A DNA stretch of 32,944 nucleotides from Histomonas meleagridis 2922-C6/04-290x (lineage: Eukaryota > Protista > Parabasalia), in contig JAANOX010000154.1 in assembly GCA_020184695.1 (NCBI GenBank), forward strand, positions 1 to 32,944. The letters are read 5' to 3'. A program made the translations under genes and the position numbers. The notes under the pieces were generated by a model. It ran no database searches. It had not been told where the DNA came from and was given only the letters and a program-made list of their open reading frames with translations. How positions within the stretch are numbered: the stretch's first letter is position 1; each line of letters opens with the position of its first letter. Below are positions 1 to 10,315 of the stretch, one piece after another.

Positions 1-202
1 AATCATTGAAAATTCTGAGGAAAATTTAGTCAATTCACAGTATAGTCAATTCACACAAAATTTAACATTATTTCAATTTTCAATGCAATTGTTCGATATG
101 ACACAAATATCTGTGCTCTCAATTATATGGTCGAATGTCAGTTTGCCACCAATTGAATGTGCCGTAAAGCGGCTGAAAACCTATCGTTTTCATATCACAA
201 AA

Positions 203-1474
203 ATGTTTGCTCTTCTTTTGATTAGCGCATTAGGTTATATCGAACCAATCGAAATTCCAGAAGGTCTTTCCAATGCCGACGGATGCTCAGTTTGCAAGAC
301 CGTCATTGCCGGAATCACAGACATCATGGACAACACCAAAGTCCAATCCGCTATTGCTCAATTAGCATCCGAACTTTGCAAGAAATTCAAGAATGATGCT
401 GCCCAAAATCTTTGCAAGACAATTGTTGGCGAATATCTTCCAAAGGTTATCTCCTACATTTCCAAAGGTATTTCCAAGGCTAACATCTGTGGCAAGCTTG
501 GTCTTTGCAAGGGTAATGATCTTGATCTTTATGATGAAGACGAAATCGAATACATCGAAATCCCAGAAGGTCTTGAAAATGGTATCGCCTGCTCAGTCTG
601 CAAGCACCTTGTTGCTGCTGTTGCCAAGATTCTTGCTAACACCAAAGTTCAATCCAAGGTTTCTTCTGAAGCCAAGAAGATTTGCGACAAGTTACCAAAA
701 GCTGGACGTGACTTCTGCAACAGCCTTATTTCCAAGTATCTTCCAAAGATCATGAACTGGCTCAGCCAAAAGGTCGCCGCCTCCACAATCTGCAACAAGC
801 TCAAGTCATGCAACTCCAACGACTTTGATGATGATGCATATCTTCAACTTTATCTTGAGATGGACGATGATGACTATGTCACCGAAATCGAACTTCCATT
901 AGGTCTTACAAACGCTGACAACTGCGCCATCTGCAAGAAGGCTGTCGGATTTGTCTCAGCAGCAATGAAGAACAGCATTGTCCAAGCAATCGTCAAGGCA
1001 GCAGCCACAGCAGCATGCGGCGCTATCACAAGTGGTGTTGGCGCAGCTCTCTGCAAGACAATCGTCAAGGTATCAGTCGGCCCAATCATGACATGGCTCG
1101 GCCAGAAGCTTTCACAATCAAAGATCTGCTCCAAACTCGGCTACTGCAAGGGTAACGATGTCGAAGAACTCGACTTCGAAATCGAAGAAGAAGACGATGA
1201 CGAATTAATCTACATCGAAATCCCAGAAGGCCTCGACAACGCATCAGCTTGCTCAGTCTGCAAGACAGTCGTTTCTGGCGTCGTCTCAATCATGAAGAAC
1301 ACCAAGGTCACATCACAAATCGCTAAGGCTGCTGCTAAGCTCTGCAACAAGGTCCCAGCTATCGCACAAGGCATCTGCAAGCAACTCGTCGGAAGCGCTC
1401 TCCCAAGCCTCATCAAGTGGATCGGAAATGGACTTTCTAACCTTAACGTATGCAAGAAGGTTCACCTTTGCTGA
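203..1474 (+). CDS. Prosaposin-like / SAPLIP precursor with signal peptide and four saposin-B domains
   Basis: Four CxxC...C...C...C...C saposin patterns (CSVCK, CSVCK, CAICK, CSVCK) separated by acidic linkers. The ORF track starts at 83, but the ATG at 203 (MFALLLISALG, signal-peptide-like) follows a TCATA/TCACA Inr-like sequence and is the likelier start. Confidence 0.9.
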   Translation: MFALLLISALGYIEPIEIPEGLSNADGCSVCKTVIAGITDIMDNTKVQSAIAQLASELCKKFKNDAAQNLCKTIVGEYLPKVISYISKGISKANICGKLGLCKGNDLDLYDEDEIEYIEIPEGLENGIACSVCKHLVAAVAKILANTKVQSKVSSEAKKICDKLPKAGRDFCNSLISKYLPKIMNWLSQKVAASTICNKLKSCNSNDFDDDAYLQLYLEMDDDDYVTEIELPLGLTNADNCAICKKAVGFVSAAMKNSIVQAIVKAAATAACGAITSGVGAALCKTIVKVSVGPIMTWLGQKLSQSKICSKLGYCKGNDVEELDFEIEEEDDDELIYIEIPEGLDNASACSVCKTVVSGVVSIMKNTKVTSQIAKAAAKLCNKVPAIAQGICKQLVGSALPSLIKWIGNGLSNLNVCKKVHLC

Positions 1475-1865
1475 ATTAGTAAAATCTCCTTTTTAATTCT
1501 AAATGTTTATTTTATAATCATGAAAATTGAAATTTATTTGAATACTTCTTCTCAATGTACTGAAATTTAATACAATTTTTTGATATCTTGTTCTTATTGA
1601 AATGATCACTAAGACTTCTTTATGTATTAAAAGGAATTATTGAAGTTGAATACAGTGTTTGATATCCTGGTAATTGTTTGAGTGCATTTAAATTATTATG
1701 TATCACACAAAGATGGTATTTTAGATGAAGTTTTTCTGTTTATTTTTTTTTTTCAACAGAACCATTTATGTTTTCTTAGCACATAAAAAAGAGAATTTCT
1801 TGTACAATCTCATGCTCAAAATTTGATATTTGATTTTAGAATAAAAAAGGAATAACTCATACTAT

Positions 1866-2555
1866 TTATGGAGTGTTGTCGTAGTTTCCTTGTGGAATCG
1901 GCTCTGGAACAGAGTTATAATCTGCTGCAATTTCAACGTTGTTCTTGGTTATGAAGTATGCCAGTCCAAAGAATACGATTGCATTAAGTATCCAAATGGG
2001 AATGGAGTATACAAATCCTTGACCATAGACCCCCATATTTGGAATTTCAATAAGATCAAAGGTTTGTTTGGTACAGGCAATCATGAAAGCAACAAGAAAT
2101 GCTTGCACAAGGTTAGCAGTGATATAGAGTAGCCTTTCCTGGGAGGTATCAATTTTAGCAGAATCAAGAATATCTCTGATGATAAGACCTGTTACGTAAA
2201 CCCAACAAATGGAAAGAGCAGAGGAAACACCAATGCTAGGTATCATGTAAATAACTGCTCTATCAAGAGTAGATTTTGTATTGTGGAATCTTGTTGGGAT
2301 TGAAATGAAGATTATACCACCAACAATACAAAATATTGCTGTAAAAACGAATACCCACCTTTTCTTGCTGTCATCATTGTGGAAAAATGCAAAGAATAAA
2401 AGAACGCCTGCAATAATTAATGTTAAAATGAGAGCAATAATTCCAAATACATGGCCTTTACTTGCATAAAATATTGAGAGAACAAGAGAGTTAAGAAGGC
2501 TTGTAACTAATGCTAAAAGCGCGAGAACAATCCCTGTTTTGATGAAGGAGTTCAT
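1866..2555 (-). CDS. Multi-pass membrane protein, function unknown
   Basis: 229-aa ORF with about 6 hydrophobic segments and a short polar C-terminal tail containing Tyr motifs (YNSV, YDNT). Confidence 0.75.
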   Translation of the reverse strand: MNSFIKTGIVLALLALVTSLLNSLVLSIFYASKGHVFGIIALILTLIIAGVLLFFAFFHNDDSKKRWVFVFTAIFCIVGGIIFISIPTRFHNTKSTLDRAVIYMIPSIGVSSALSICWVYVTGLIIRDILDSAKIDTSQERLLYITANLVQAFLVAFMIACTKQTFDLIEIPNMGVYGQGFVYSIPIWILNAIVFFGLAYFITKNNVEIAADYNSVPEPIPQGNYDNTP

Positions 2556-2899
2556 TTGAATGGCTTATGGACCGATTACAGTTTACCACAAAAAGTGGTA
2601 TCATTGTCTTGAATTTGAACGGGGATGAACGTTTAAAGATATCGTCTTGCGACTGGACTAAAAATTCCGATAATTATATGTTTATTGTGATTTCATAAAA
2701 TATTCATATAATACTGGATTATTGATGATTTATTATTTTTTACAGCATATTCATTATGTTAATTTTCATTAATAAATGAATGATTTTCAGTCATTATTTT
2801 TATAAATTGCATAACGACAATAAAATACATTAAAAAAATCAACATTTTGGCAGTTCTGAGAAACTGAACTGTTTCATAGGGTCTTACAATAATATAACA

Positions 2900-3274
2900 G
2901 TATTTTATAAATAATGTTAACTCAGAAGGACTTGCACAATAATTGATTCGAATTGTCAAATCAAGTGATGTATCAAATAACTTAAATAATTCCCAAATAT
3001 CATATTGAAACATCAAATTATAATATAAATAACAAATAAAACGCATGAATATTAATATTAATACCTTCTTGGCTCATAAGTAGTTTAACCATTTCAACAT
3101 ATCAACATAAGTGCTGTTCAAATGATATCCACCTGAATTCTGAAATCAGAAATTATAAAAATAAATTTATTTCTGATTAAAAAATTTAATATCTGTAACA
3201 TTAATATCATTTATTCTTTTTCAAGATACCACTATTGTTGTGTTACCAGTTTTAAATGCATACATATATGCTGT
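2900..3274 (-). pseudogene. Decayed remnant of the linker-interrupted ankyrin array (about 3 modules)
   Basis: Minus strand reads TAYMYAFKTGNTTIVVS*KRINDINVTD (from 3274), TALMLI..VEMVKLLMSQEGININIH (from 3117) and TSLDL.. (from 2971), with the linker motif GATATTTGGGAATTATTTAAGTTATTTGAT before the last module. It has stops and deletions. The left boundary is approximate. Confidence 0.7.
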
Positions 3275-3579
3275 TTATATGGTTAACTTCAACGCTTCAA
3301 AAAAATCAAAAAAAATTTTTGTTTAGTTAGACATCAATATTAGTCATACATTAATGAGTTAACAAATATTTCACATTTAATGAAGGTATGTTTATGTATT
3401 CAGTAGTTTATTAAGCACATACACTTTTTCAATTATCTCATAGAATATATTATATATGTTAACTAGTTCCACTTTTTGAGAAAATTTGATTCAAAAGTTG
3501 AAGCACTTTTTCAATTAATTATATCTCAAATATTCTATCGTTGAATGCTGCATTTGTCCGCAAGTCCACCGATTAAATT

Positions 3580-3595
3580 TCATTTCACTTTCATC
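3580..3595 (+). promoter_or_regulatory. Parabasalid initiator (Inr) elements upstream of actin
   Basis: Tandem TCATT/TCACT/TCATC immediately before the ATG at 3598, matching the trichomonad Inr consensus TCA+1Py(T/A). Confidence 0.7.
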
Positions 3596-3597
3596 TA

Positions 3598-4728
3598 ATG
3601 GCTGAAGACGAAGTTCAAACATTAGTTATTGATAATGGTTCCGGTATGTGCAAGGCTGGTTTCGCTGGTGATGAAGCACCACGCTCAGTTTTCCCATCCA
3701 TTGTTGGTCGTCCAAAGTATGTACAAACAATCGCTGGTGGTCAAAACAAGGATACATATGTTGGTGATGAAGCATGCGCTAAGGCAGGTATCCTTATCCT
3801 TAAGTACCCAATTGAACACGGTATCGTTACCAACTGGGACGATATGGAAAAGATCTGGCACCACACATTCTACAACGAATTACGTGTTGACCCAGCTGAA
3901 CACCCAGTTCTTCTTACAGAAGCCCCAATGAACCCAAAGGCCAACCGTGAAAAGATGATCCAACTCCAATTCGAAACATTCAACGTTCCAGCATTCTATG
4001 TTGGTATCCAAGCCGTTCTTTCCCTTTACTCATCAGGTCGTACAACCGGTATCGTTTTCGATGCAGGTGATGGCGTTTCCCACACAGTTCCAATCTACGA
4101 AGGTTACTCCCTTCCACACGCCATCATGCGTATCAACCTCGCCGGTCGTGATCTCACAGCCTACCTCCAAAAGATCCTCAACGAACGTGGTTACACCTTC
4201 ACAACATCCGCCGAAAAGGAAATTGTTCGTGATATCAAGGAGAAGCATGCATATGTTGCACTTGATTTCGACGAAGAAATGAACAAGGCCGCTACAACAT
4301 CCGAATGCGACATCTCATACACACTTCCAGATGGTAACGTCATCACCATCGCCAACGAGCGCTTCAGGTGCCCAGAACTTCTTTTCAAGCCACACTTCAA
4401 TGGCTTCGAATTCGAAGGTATTGACCAAACCCTCTTCAACTCCATCATGGCATGCGATATCGATGTCCGTAAGGATCTCTACGCTAACATTGTTCTCTCT
4501 GGTGGTACCACAATGTTCGAAGGTCTCCCAGAGCGTATGGAGAAGGAAATGGTCCGCCTCGCACCACCAACAATGAAGATCAAAGTCGTCGCCCCACCAG
4601 AACGTAAGTACGCAGTTTGGATCGGTGGCTCCATCCTTGCCTCCCTTGCCACATTCCCACAAATGGTTATCACACGTGACGAATACAACGAAGCTGGTCC
4701 AGGAATTGTTCACCGCAAGTGCTTCTAA
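3598..4728 (+). CDS. ACT: Actin
   Basis: 376 aa with canonical actin motifs ([54 protein letters not shown]) and strong codon bias. Confidence 0.99.
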   Translation: MAEDEVQTLVIDNGSGMCKAGFAGDEAPRSVFPSIVGRPKYVQTIAGGQNKDTYVGDEACAKAGILILKYPIEHGIVTNWDDMEKIWHHTFYNELRVDPAEHPVLLTEAPMNPKANREKMIQLQFETFNVPAFYVGIQAVLSLYSSGRTTGIVFDAGDGVSHTVPIYEGYSLPHAIMRINLAGRDLTAYLQKILNERGYTFTTSAEKEIVRDIKEKHAYVALDFDEEMNKAATTSECDISYTLPDGNVITIANERFRCPELLFKPHFNGFEFEGIDQTLFNSIMACDIDVRKDLYANIVLSGGTTMFEGLPERMEKEMVRLAPPTMKIKVVAPPERKYAVWIGGSILASLATFPQMVITRDEYNEAGPGIVHRKCF

Positions 4729-5253
4729 ACAATTAGCAATTGTTATTTTTGATTTTTTTATCTCAAACTTAACGATAAGTTTTTAATATGAAATATCGAA
4801 TTTACACGAAACTTTTTGGAGTTTGCACACGTTTGTTGCAATATGGAAATACTGTCACAAATTAAGTTGAATGCAGATGCAATCTATAGCGCATCATATG
4901 ATTTGTGAATACATTTAAAATTTACAGCAGTAACTGAACTTGAACATAAAGTTTCCAATGAAGAAAGGGCTGTTATATCTTTCGTTGTATTCGTGTTGGT
5001 CTTATTTTGAATCATTTGCGTGTTTTCGCTTTGATCACTTATTGTCGTTTCTTTGACAACTTTTGAACTTTATTGATCGTTATGTTGTTTTGTCAAGTTC
5101 TTGTATTATTTTGGTATTCTTCAAGCAAATTCATAATTTATGTGTGACTGCTATTGTGAGCGCAATCTAATGGCACAATTAAAATAAATTTTTTAATAAT
5201 TTTGAGAAAATTCCATTTTAAGAATTATTAAAAAATCCGATATTAATAATGCA

Positions 5254-8200
5254 TCAACCAAAAAGTCTAAAGTTTTTAGTAAGTTTAGGTAAATGAATCT
5301 CATTTTGTTCTTCTATTTCTACCCTATTTAACCATTTTCTACATTTTATTAGTAAATTATTTCTTTCTTCTAAAATTATTTGTTGTTCTTCTTGAGTCAT
5401 TCCTGTATTTTCTATTTGTTGTTGTTCCTGTTTATTATTTTGTTGTTCTTTATGATTATTATTTATTTGTTCTTCTCGTTGTTCTTCTTGATTATTATTT
5501 TGTTGTTCTAGATATTTATTTTGTTGTACCTCTTGATTATTTGGTTGTTCTTGTTGAATGACTCTTTGATCTTGATTTTGTATAATAATATTATTATTTC
5601 TATTAATTTCTCCATTAATTTGTTGATTAATAATAATATTTCTATAATTGAAGTGATTATTATTGTTATCATCTGTTGATTGTTCTTGAACTTTAATTTC
5701 ATTCTCAATCTCATCAATTTGTTCTTGTAACAGGATTCTAAATTTTGTGGATTTAATTTTAATCTTTTGTTTTGGGATAATTGTTCCTTTTATTCTTGAA
5801 TCACTATGCATTGAAGATGCATGTAATTTTAAGTTTCCTTCATTAGCTGTAATTGTCTTTTTGCAATAACCACATAATAAACCATTTCTTTCTTTCATTA
5901 ATTCTTTAATATTTGGTGTTCTATTAACTTGATTTATCCAATATTTTTTAATAGTCGCCCAAACCCATCCTATTTCTGATTTTTTATCAACTATATATTT
6001 GTGTTTGGTTTTCATATGTGAAGAAAATGAACCCTGATTCATAGTAAAATAATCACAATTTGGACAGAATCAAAAATAAAGATTCTTATGATAACTCTGA
6101 TGTTGGTCTTGTAAATTAACTTGTTCCCAATAACTTTCTCTTATACTTAAAAAGTTTAAAAATTCTAACATTGTACAACCTGGAAATGTTTTATTATGTA
6201 CTTGTTTCTCATGATATTTCAAATGAGGTACACATGTAAATGCTTCTCCATCTCCTTGTGTACATACAAAAGGTCCTAAACCTGGCCAAATTTTTTCGAA
6301 TGCTATAATATTTGAAATTGGTATTTCGAATCTATTATTATTGCACATGAATAAGTTCTCGTTTAAATCTTTATTCTTTCATTTATTAATTATTAATTTA
6401 ATTTCTTCTCTAGTATTCGCATATCTAATATCATTTAATAAATTTTCTGGTGTTAAATCTTCTTCATCATTAATATTATTATTATTTCCATTATTGTGAT
6501 TATTATTATTATTTAAATTGATGTTATTGATTTGATTTTGAATTTGATTTTCTTGTGGTATATTATTGTTATTGAATCCTAATAATGTAATATTTGAGTT
6601 TAGTTGATTTTGATTATTATTGTTATTTTGATTTTGAGTTTCGTTATTATTTAGATTCATATTGATATTAATATTTGGTAAACTATAGTTTGATATTAAA
6701 AAATTGATATCTTTTTCTACAAATTTAATTTTTGGTATTTCTATAATTTGTTCATTAACTCTAATTTGTGGAATATTAAATGGTACAATTTCTTTATTGT
6801 AATACGGAATAGAAATATTAATATTTTGTACTTGATTTTGATTATTTGGTATTAAAATATTAATATTTTGTATTTGATTTTGATAATTTGGAATATTAAC
6901 TAAAAAATTTTCTTGATTGTATTGAGATATTGGTATTGTATAATTATGTGAATTTTGTTGGTAATTCGGTATGTCTATTTTGTAATCTATTTGTTAATAA
7001 TTAGGTATTGGAATTACATAGTTTTTTGTTTGTTTCTCATACTCTGGTATTTTAATAGGTACCAATTCTTTCTTAAATTTAGGAATTGGTATTAAATAAT
7101 TTTCTTTATTAATTTCAAAATCAGGAATTGTAATTAACATGTCTTCTTTATTGTAATAAGGTATAACGACATTAATTTCTTCATTATTGATTTTGAAGTC
7201 TGGAATATCAATAATTTTTTTTTCAACTTTTACTACTGGTAAATCACAATTTATGTTTTTCTGTGTAATAGAGAAATTAAAAACATTAACATTAACTGGA
7301 TATTGTTTAACTTGTGTAACATGAGAAATGTTTTTATTTGGTCTAATTTTATTATTCAAGAATTATAATGTGTCAGGTCTGATTGATAATGTTCTATTTA
7401 TAATTCGGAAAGTATCTGGTGGTAAAATTAAACCTCGATAAAAACATATATTTGGGATCTCAATATTAATGTTATTTTGTTCGATAATTAATATCGAATA
7501 TAAAAAATCAATTCCAGTAAAATCTTTGTTTTCATAATGTTTATTAATCAAATAAATTTCTCTCCGAGCATCTGGATTAATATTATCGAATATTCCAAAA
7601 TCAACTTGTGTTTTTAATAAATTTAATGCTGTCGGTAATTTTCCGTAAGTTTTTGTCCATGAAAAGATTAACGTCCAAAATAACCCGACGGTTTGTAAAA
7701 AATTTATAATTATTTCTAAACTGTGGTCTCGATTTATATGGTTGATTAATTCAAAATTGTCAGAAATAATTTTATAACGATTTGGAAACGGACAGAATCT
7801 TTTATAATATTTTGATTTCATGATATATTTGTTTTTAGTCAATAATCTTTGTATGATTCTTCCGTGAAAGAGTAATTCTTGATTAGGGTCAATACCATGT
7901 TCATCTGAAAAATGTTCTGATAGTATTTGAAAATCTTCTGTGAAAAAATTACATTCTGGAACTAATGAACAACAAAATGGTTCGGGTAATGGAATTTCAC
8001 GAAATTCATTTAATTTGAATAATTGAAAAATTGGGGAATTTAAAAAATTATAAATTAATAAATTTTGTTGTAACCAAATGTTAGGCTTTGGTATTTGTTT
8101 CTTGATTGCTTTGCTAATAATTCTTTTAATTTCTACTTTGTTGGGAAAATCTTCATTAATTATATAATTTTGTAAAAAGTTTTGTAATGTTCGATCTGTA

Positions 8201-8505
8201 ATAATTTCTTTGTTATTTCTGTGATAATTTTCATTAATATTTCATTTATTAGTCTTATCTTGTAATACATGGTCGAACTTTAGAATATAAATATCTTCAT
8301 AATTATTCGTAATTAAAGATTCGTTTTCTGTTGATCATAATTCAAATGTATGATCCTCTATTCCTGTAAAATTGTTCGTCTGAAGTTTTGAATTTCCAAA
8401 TAATCTATCTTATGAAAATTCGAATTTTGAGAAAAGTATATCATTCGATTTCTCTCCATGTAACGGAGCTAAAGGCGAATCCTCAGCAAAAATAGAACTC
8501 CCCAT
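5254..8505 (-). mobile_element. Interrupted 1084-codon multi-zinc-finger reading frame, probable mobile-element or retroelement relic
   Basis: ORF-track pieces 7363-7842, 6994-7359, 6379-6660, 6070-6348 and 5254-6042 all share one frame (codon starts divisible by 3) that runs back to an ATG at 8505. C2H2-type fingers lie at ~7974-7897 and 6066-6001, a BED-like finger at 5874-5806, and two degenerate fingers elsewhere; there are N/Q-rich and IPxY-repeat segments. No RT, transposase or integrase domain is visible, so the class is inferred. Confidence 0.5.
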
Positions 8506-8506
8506 C

Positions 8507-8516
8507 AAAAAAAAAA
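8507..8516 (-). terminator. RNA polymerase III T-run terminator of tRNA-Lys
   Basis: T10 on the minus strand, 2 nt after the discriminator base. Confidence 0.7.
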
Positions 8517-8518
8517 TC

Positions 8519-8591
8519 CACCTTCGACGGGATTCGAACCCGCAACCCCAGGATTAAAAGTCCTATGCTCTAACCGTTGAGCTACGAAGGT
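8519..8591 (-). tRNA. tRNA-Lys (anticodon UUU)
   Basis: 73 nt: acceptor stem ACCTTCG/CGAAGGT, D arm TAGCTCAACGGTTAGAGC, anticodon loop CT-TTT-AA, T arm GGTTCGAATCC, discriminator G. Confidence 0.95.
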
Positions 8592-8733
8592 TTACGATTC
8601 TTCTTCAAATTTTGATCTTATAATATGAATCTGTAATATGAGACCGATCGATTTTGAATGTCAAACAAAGATAGCCTCAAAAAGGATTCTTAAAATAAAA
8701 ATTGTTAACAAATGAGAAGAAATCCGAAAAAAT

Positions 8734-8750
8734 GGTTAGAGCATAGGACT
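8734..8750 (+). repeat. Inverted 17-nt exact copy of part of the adjacent tRNA-Lys (D arm to anticodon stem)
   Basis: GGTTAGAGCATAGGACT is the exact reverse complement of 8559-8575. Confidence 0.75.
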
Positions 8751-8887
8751 GTCATTAACAATTGTTAATTTTGATTTTTTATCTCAGCATCAAACTGTGA
8801 TTGGGGGTTAACGATAAATTTGAACTCAAATAAATTTACAACATAAAATGACATTTCAGAAAAATTCAATTCAGTCGTTTTCAAAAA

Positions 8888-8897
8888 TCACTTCACT
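8888..8897 (+). promoter_or_regulatory. Tandem Inr elements (TCACT TCACT)
   Basis: Located 13-22 nt upstream of the ATG at 8910. Confidence 0.65.
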
Positions 8898-8909
8898 TTT
8901 TTGTAGAAA

Positions 8910-9428
8910 ATGGGCGAAAATGAAAATGATTTGATCTCGAAAATGATCAACGACTTTACTCAGAACAGGGAAGCGTCGGACCATGTTCGGTATGCTTTTG
9001 AGCATCGAATGCTTCCGATGTTAGTTGAGCAAGACGAGGACGGGAAGTTTATAAAAAGCCTTCTTGAACTCCAGGGTCAAATCTTATACCATTTGATGTC
9101 TGAGCTTTGCCAAGTTAAAGGCATTGAAATGCCTTATTCACCTAACGATTATGATGTTACTCGCACCCAAGTTTCTGATGATAAATTTTTTGTAACGCTA
9201 ACAATGCCTGAGCCGTTGAAGATGCCACATTGTCGTAGAGTTTATATTCTTCTGAATAATGATTTCTCCCAAAAAAAATATATCACAGTCGAAAAAGATA
9301 TGTTTACCACTGACTTTATGTGCGGATGGGACATGAGTGATGGCCAAGTAAAACACAATAATTATGGCCCCTCTCCAGAAAACATCCAAGATGAAATTGA
9401 AAAGGTGAAGACTCTCTTTTGGGATTAA
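8910..9428 (+). CDS. Hypothetical protein (172 aa)
   Basis: Clean ORF with globular composition and an upstream Inr; no family confidently recognised. Confidence 0.75.
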   Translation: MGENENDLISKMINDFTQNREASDHVRYAFEHRMLPMLVEQDEDGKFIKSLLELQGQILYHLMSELCQVKGIEMPYSPNDYDVTRTQVSDDKFFVTLTMPEPLKMPHCRRVYILLNNDFSQKKYITVEKDMFTTDFMCGWDMSDGQVKHNNYGPSPENIQDEIEKVKTLFWD

Positions 9429-10315
9429 CCGCAAGTAAACATTTCAAAAAGTATATATGTATCAATCCGAGTATTTTTCTGATTTAAATAATTTTTGCAA
9501 TAAATTATATGAATAATAATTACCCACAACTAAAATTAAATCCCTTTGACAGTTTTAGAGATATTTCATTTTAATTAAAATTTAAATTGAATCCATGAAT
9601 GTGGATCCAATAAATTTTCCAAATACATATTGGAACAGTAAAAATGTTTGCTTAAGTTAATCATTACTTATATTTTTTTGGTTTACATAAATATTATAAC
9701 AAATACTTAATTAAATATTTTCCCATGAACTCATTCCTTATACAAAATCCTTTAAATGACTTACAATAATTTGATGATATAAAAGATTGCCATAAAAAGC
9801 GAAAAGAATTTTTTGTTGTTAACAAGCTTTAGGGTGCCGTTTATTGACATTGCATAAACTTTTCAAAAATGTTGTAAAAGATTTGGCGCCATTTTATACT
9901 TTTTATTTTTTTGCCTTCATTAATTTTTGGCAAAAAATGCATTAAATGCACAAATACCAAGCAAAAATATTTATTCAAAATAAACTATAATTTGGTGTTA
10001 TTATAATTTGCTTTCTGATTTGATTTTCAATAAAAATTATTCAAAAAATCATAATGTGAATTTGAAATATTTTTTCCCCATAATTTTGCTTATATTCTTT
10101 TTAATTTTCTTTCAAAATCGAATAAGTTTGATGAGAATTTCTGCGTCAAAAAATTAATATTTAAAACGGAATATTAAAATCGTTTTTCATTGGATAAAAA
10201 CTAAAGAGAATGGTTTTCAAAAAATCTTTCCATAAATCCATTCAAAATATTTTCAGTCAAATGCCGCCATATCGTAATTAACGTATTCTTTTGTAGGGAC
10301 CAAATTTAATCGAAA

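Noticed and set aside
1472-1474. Genome-wide UGA=Trp or UAA=Gln code for the host
   Set aside because: Conserved host genes end normally at TGA (saposin) and TAA (actin, phosphohexomutase, Ras, helicase), so any recoding must be locus- or element-specific.
393-4713. Overlapping alternative-frame and antisense ORFs on the saposin, membrane-protein and actin genes
   Set aside because: Shadows of strongly codon-biased genes with no domain features.
4780-5130. Coding-looking minus-strand stretch downstream of actin (..TALSSLETLCSSSVTAV..)
   Set aside because: Broken by stops, with no start and no recognisable family; cannot be supported.
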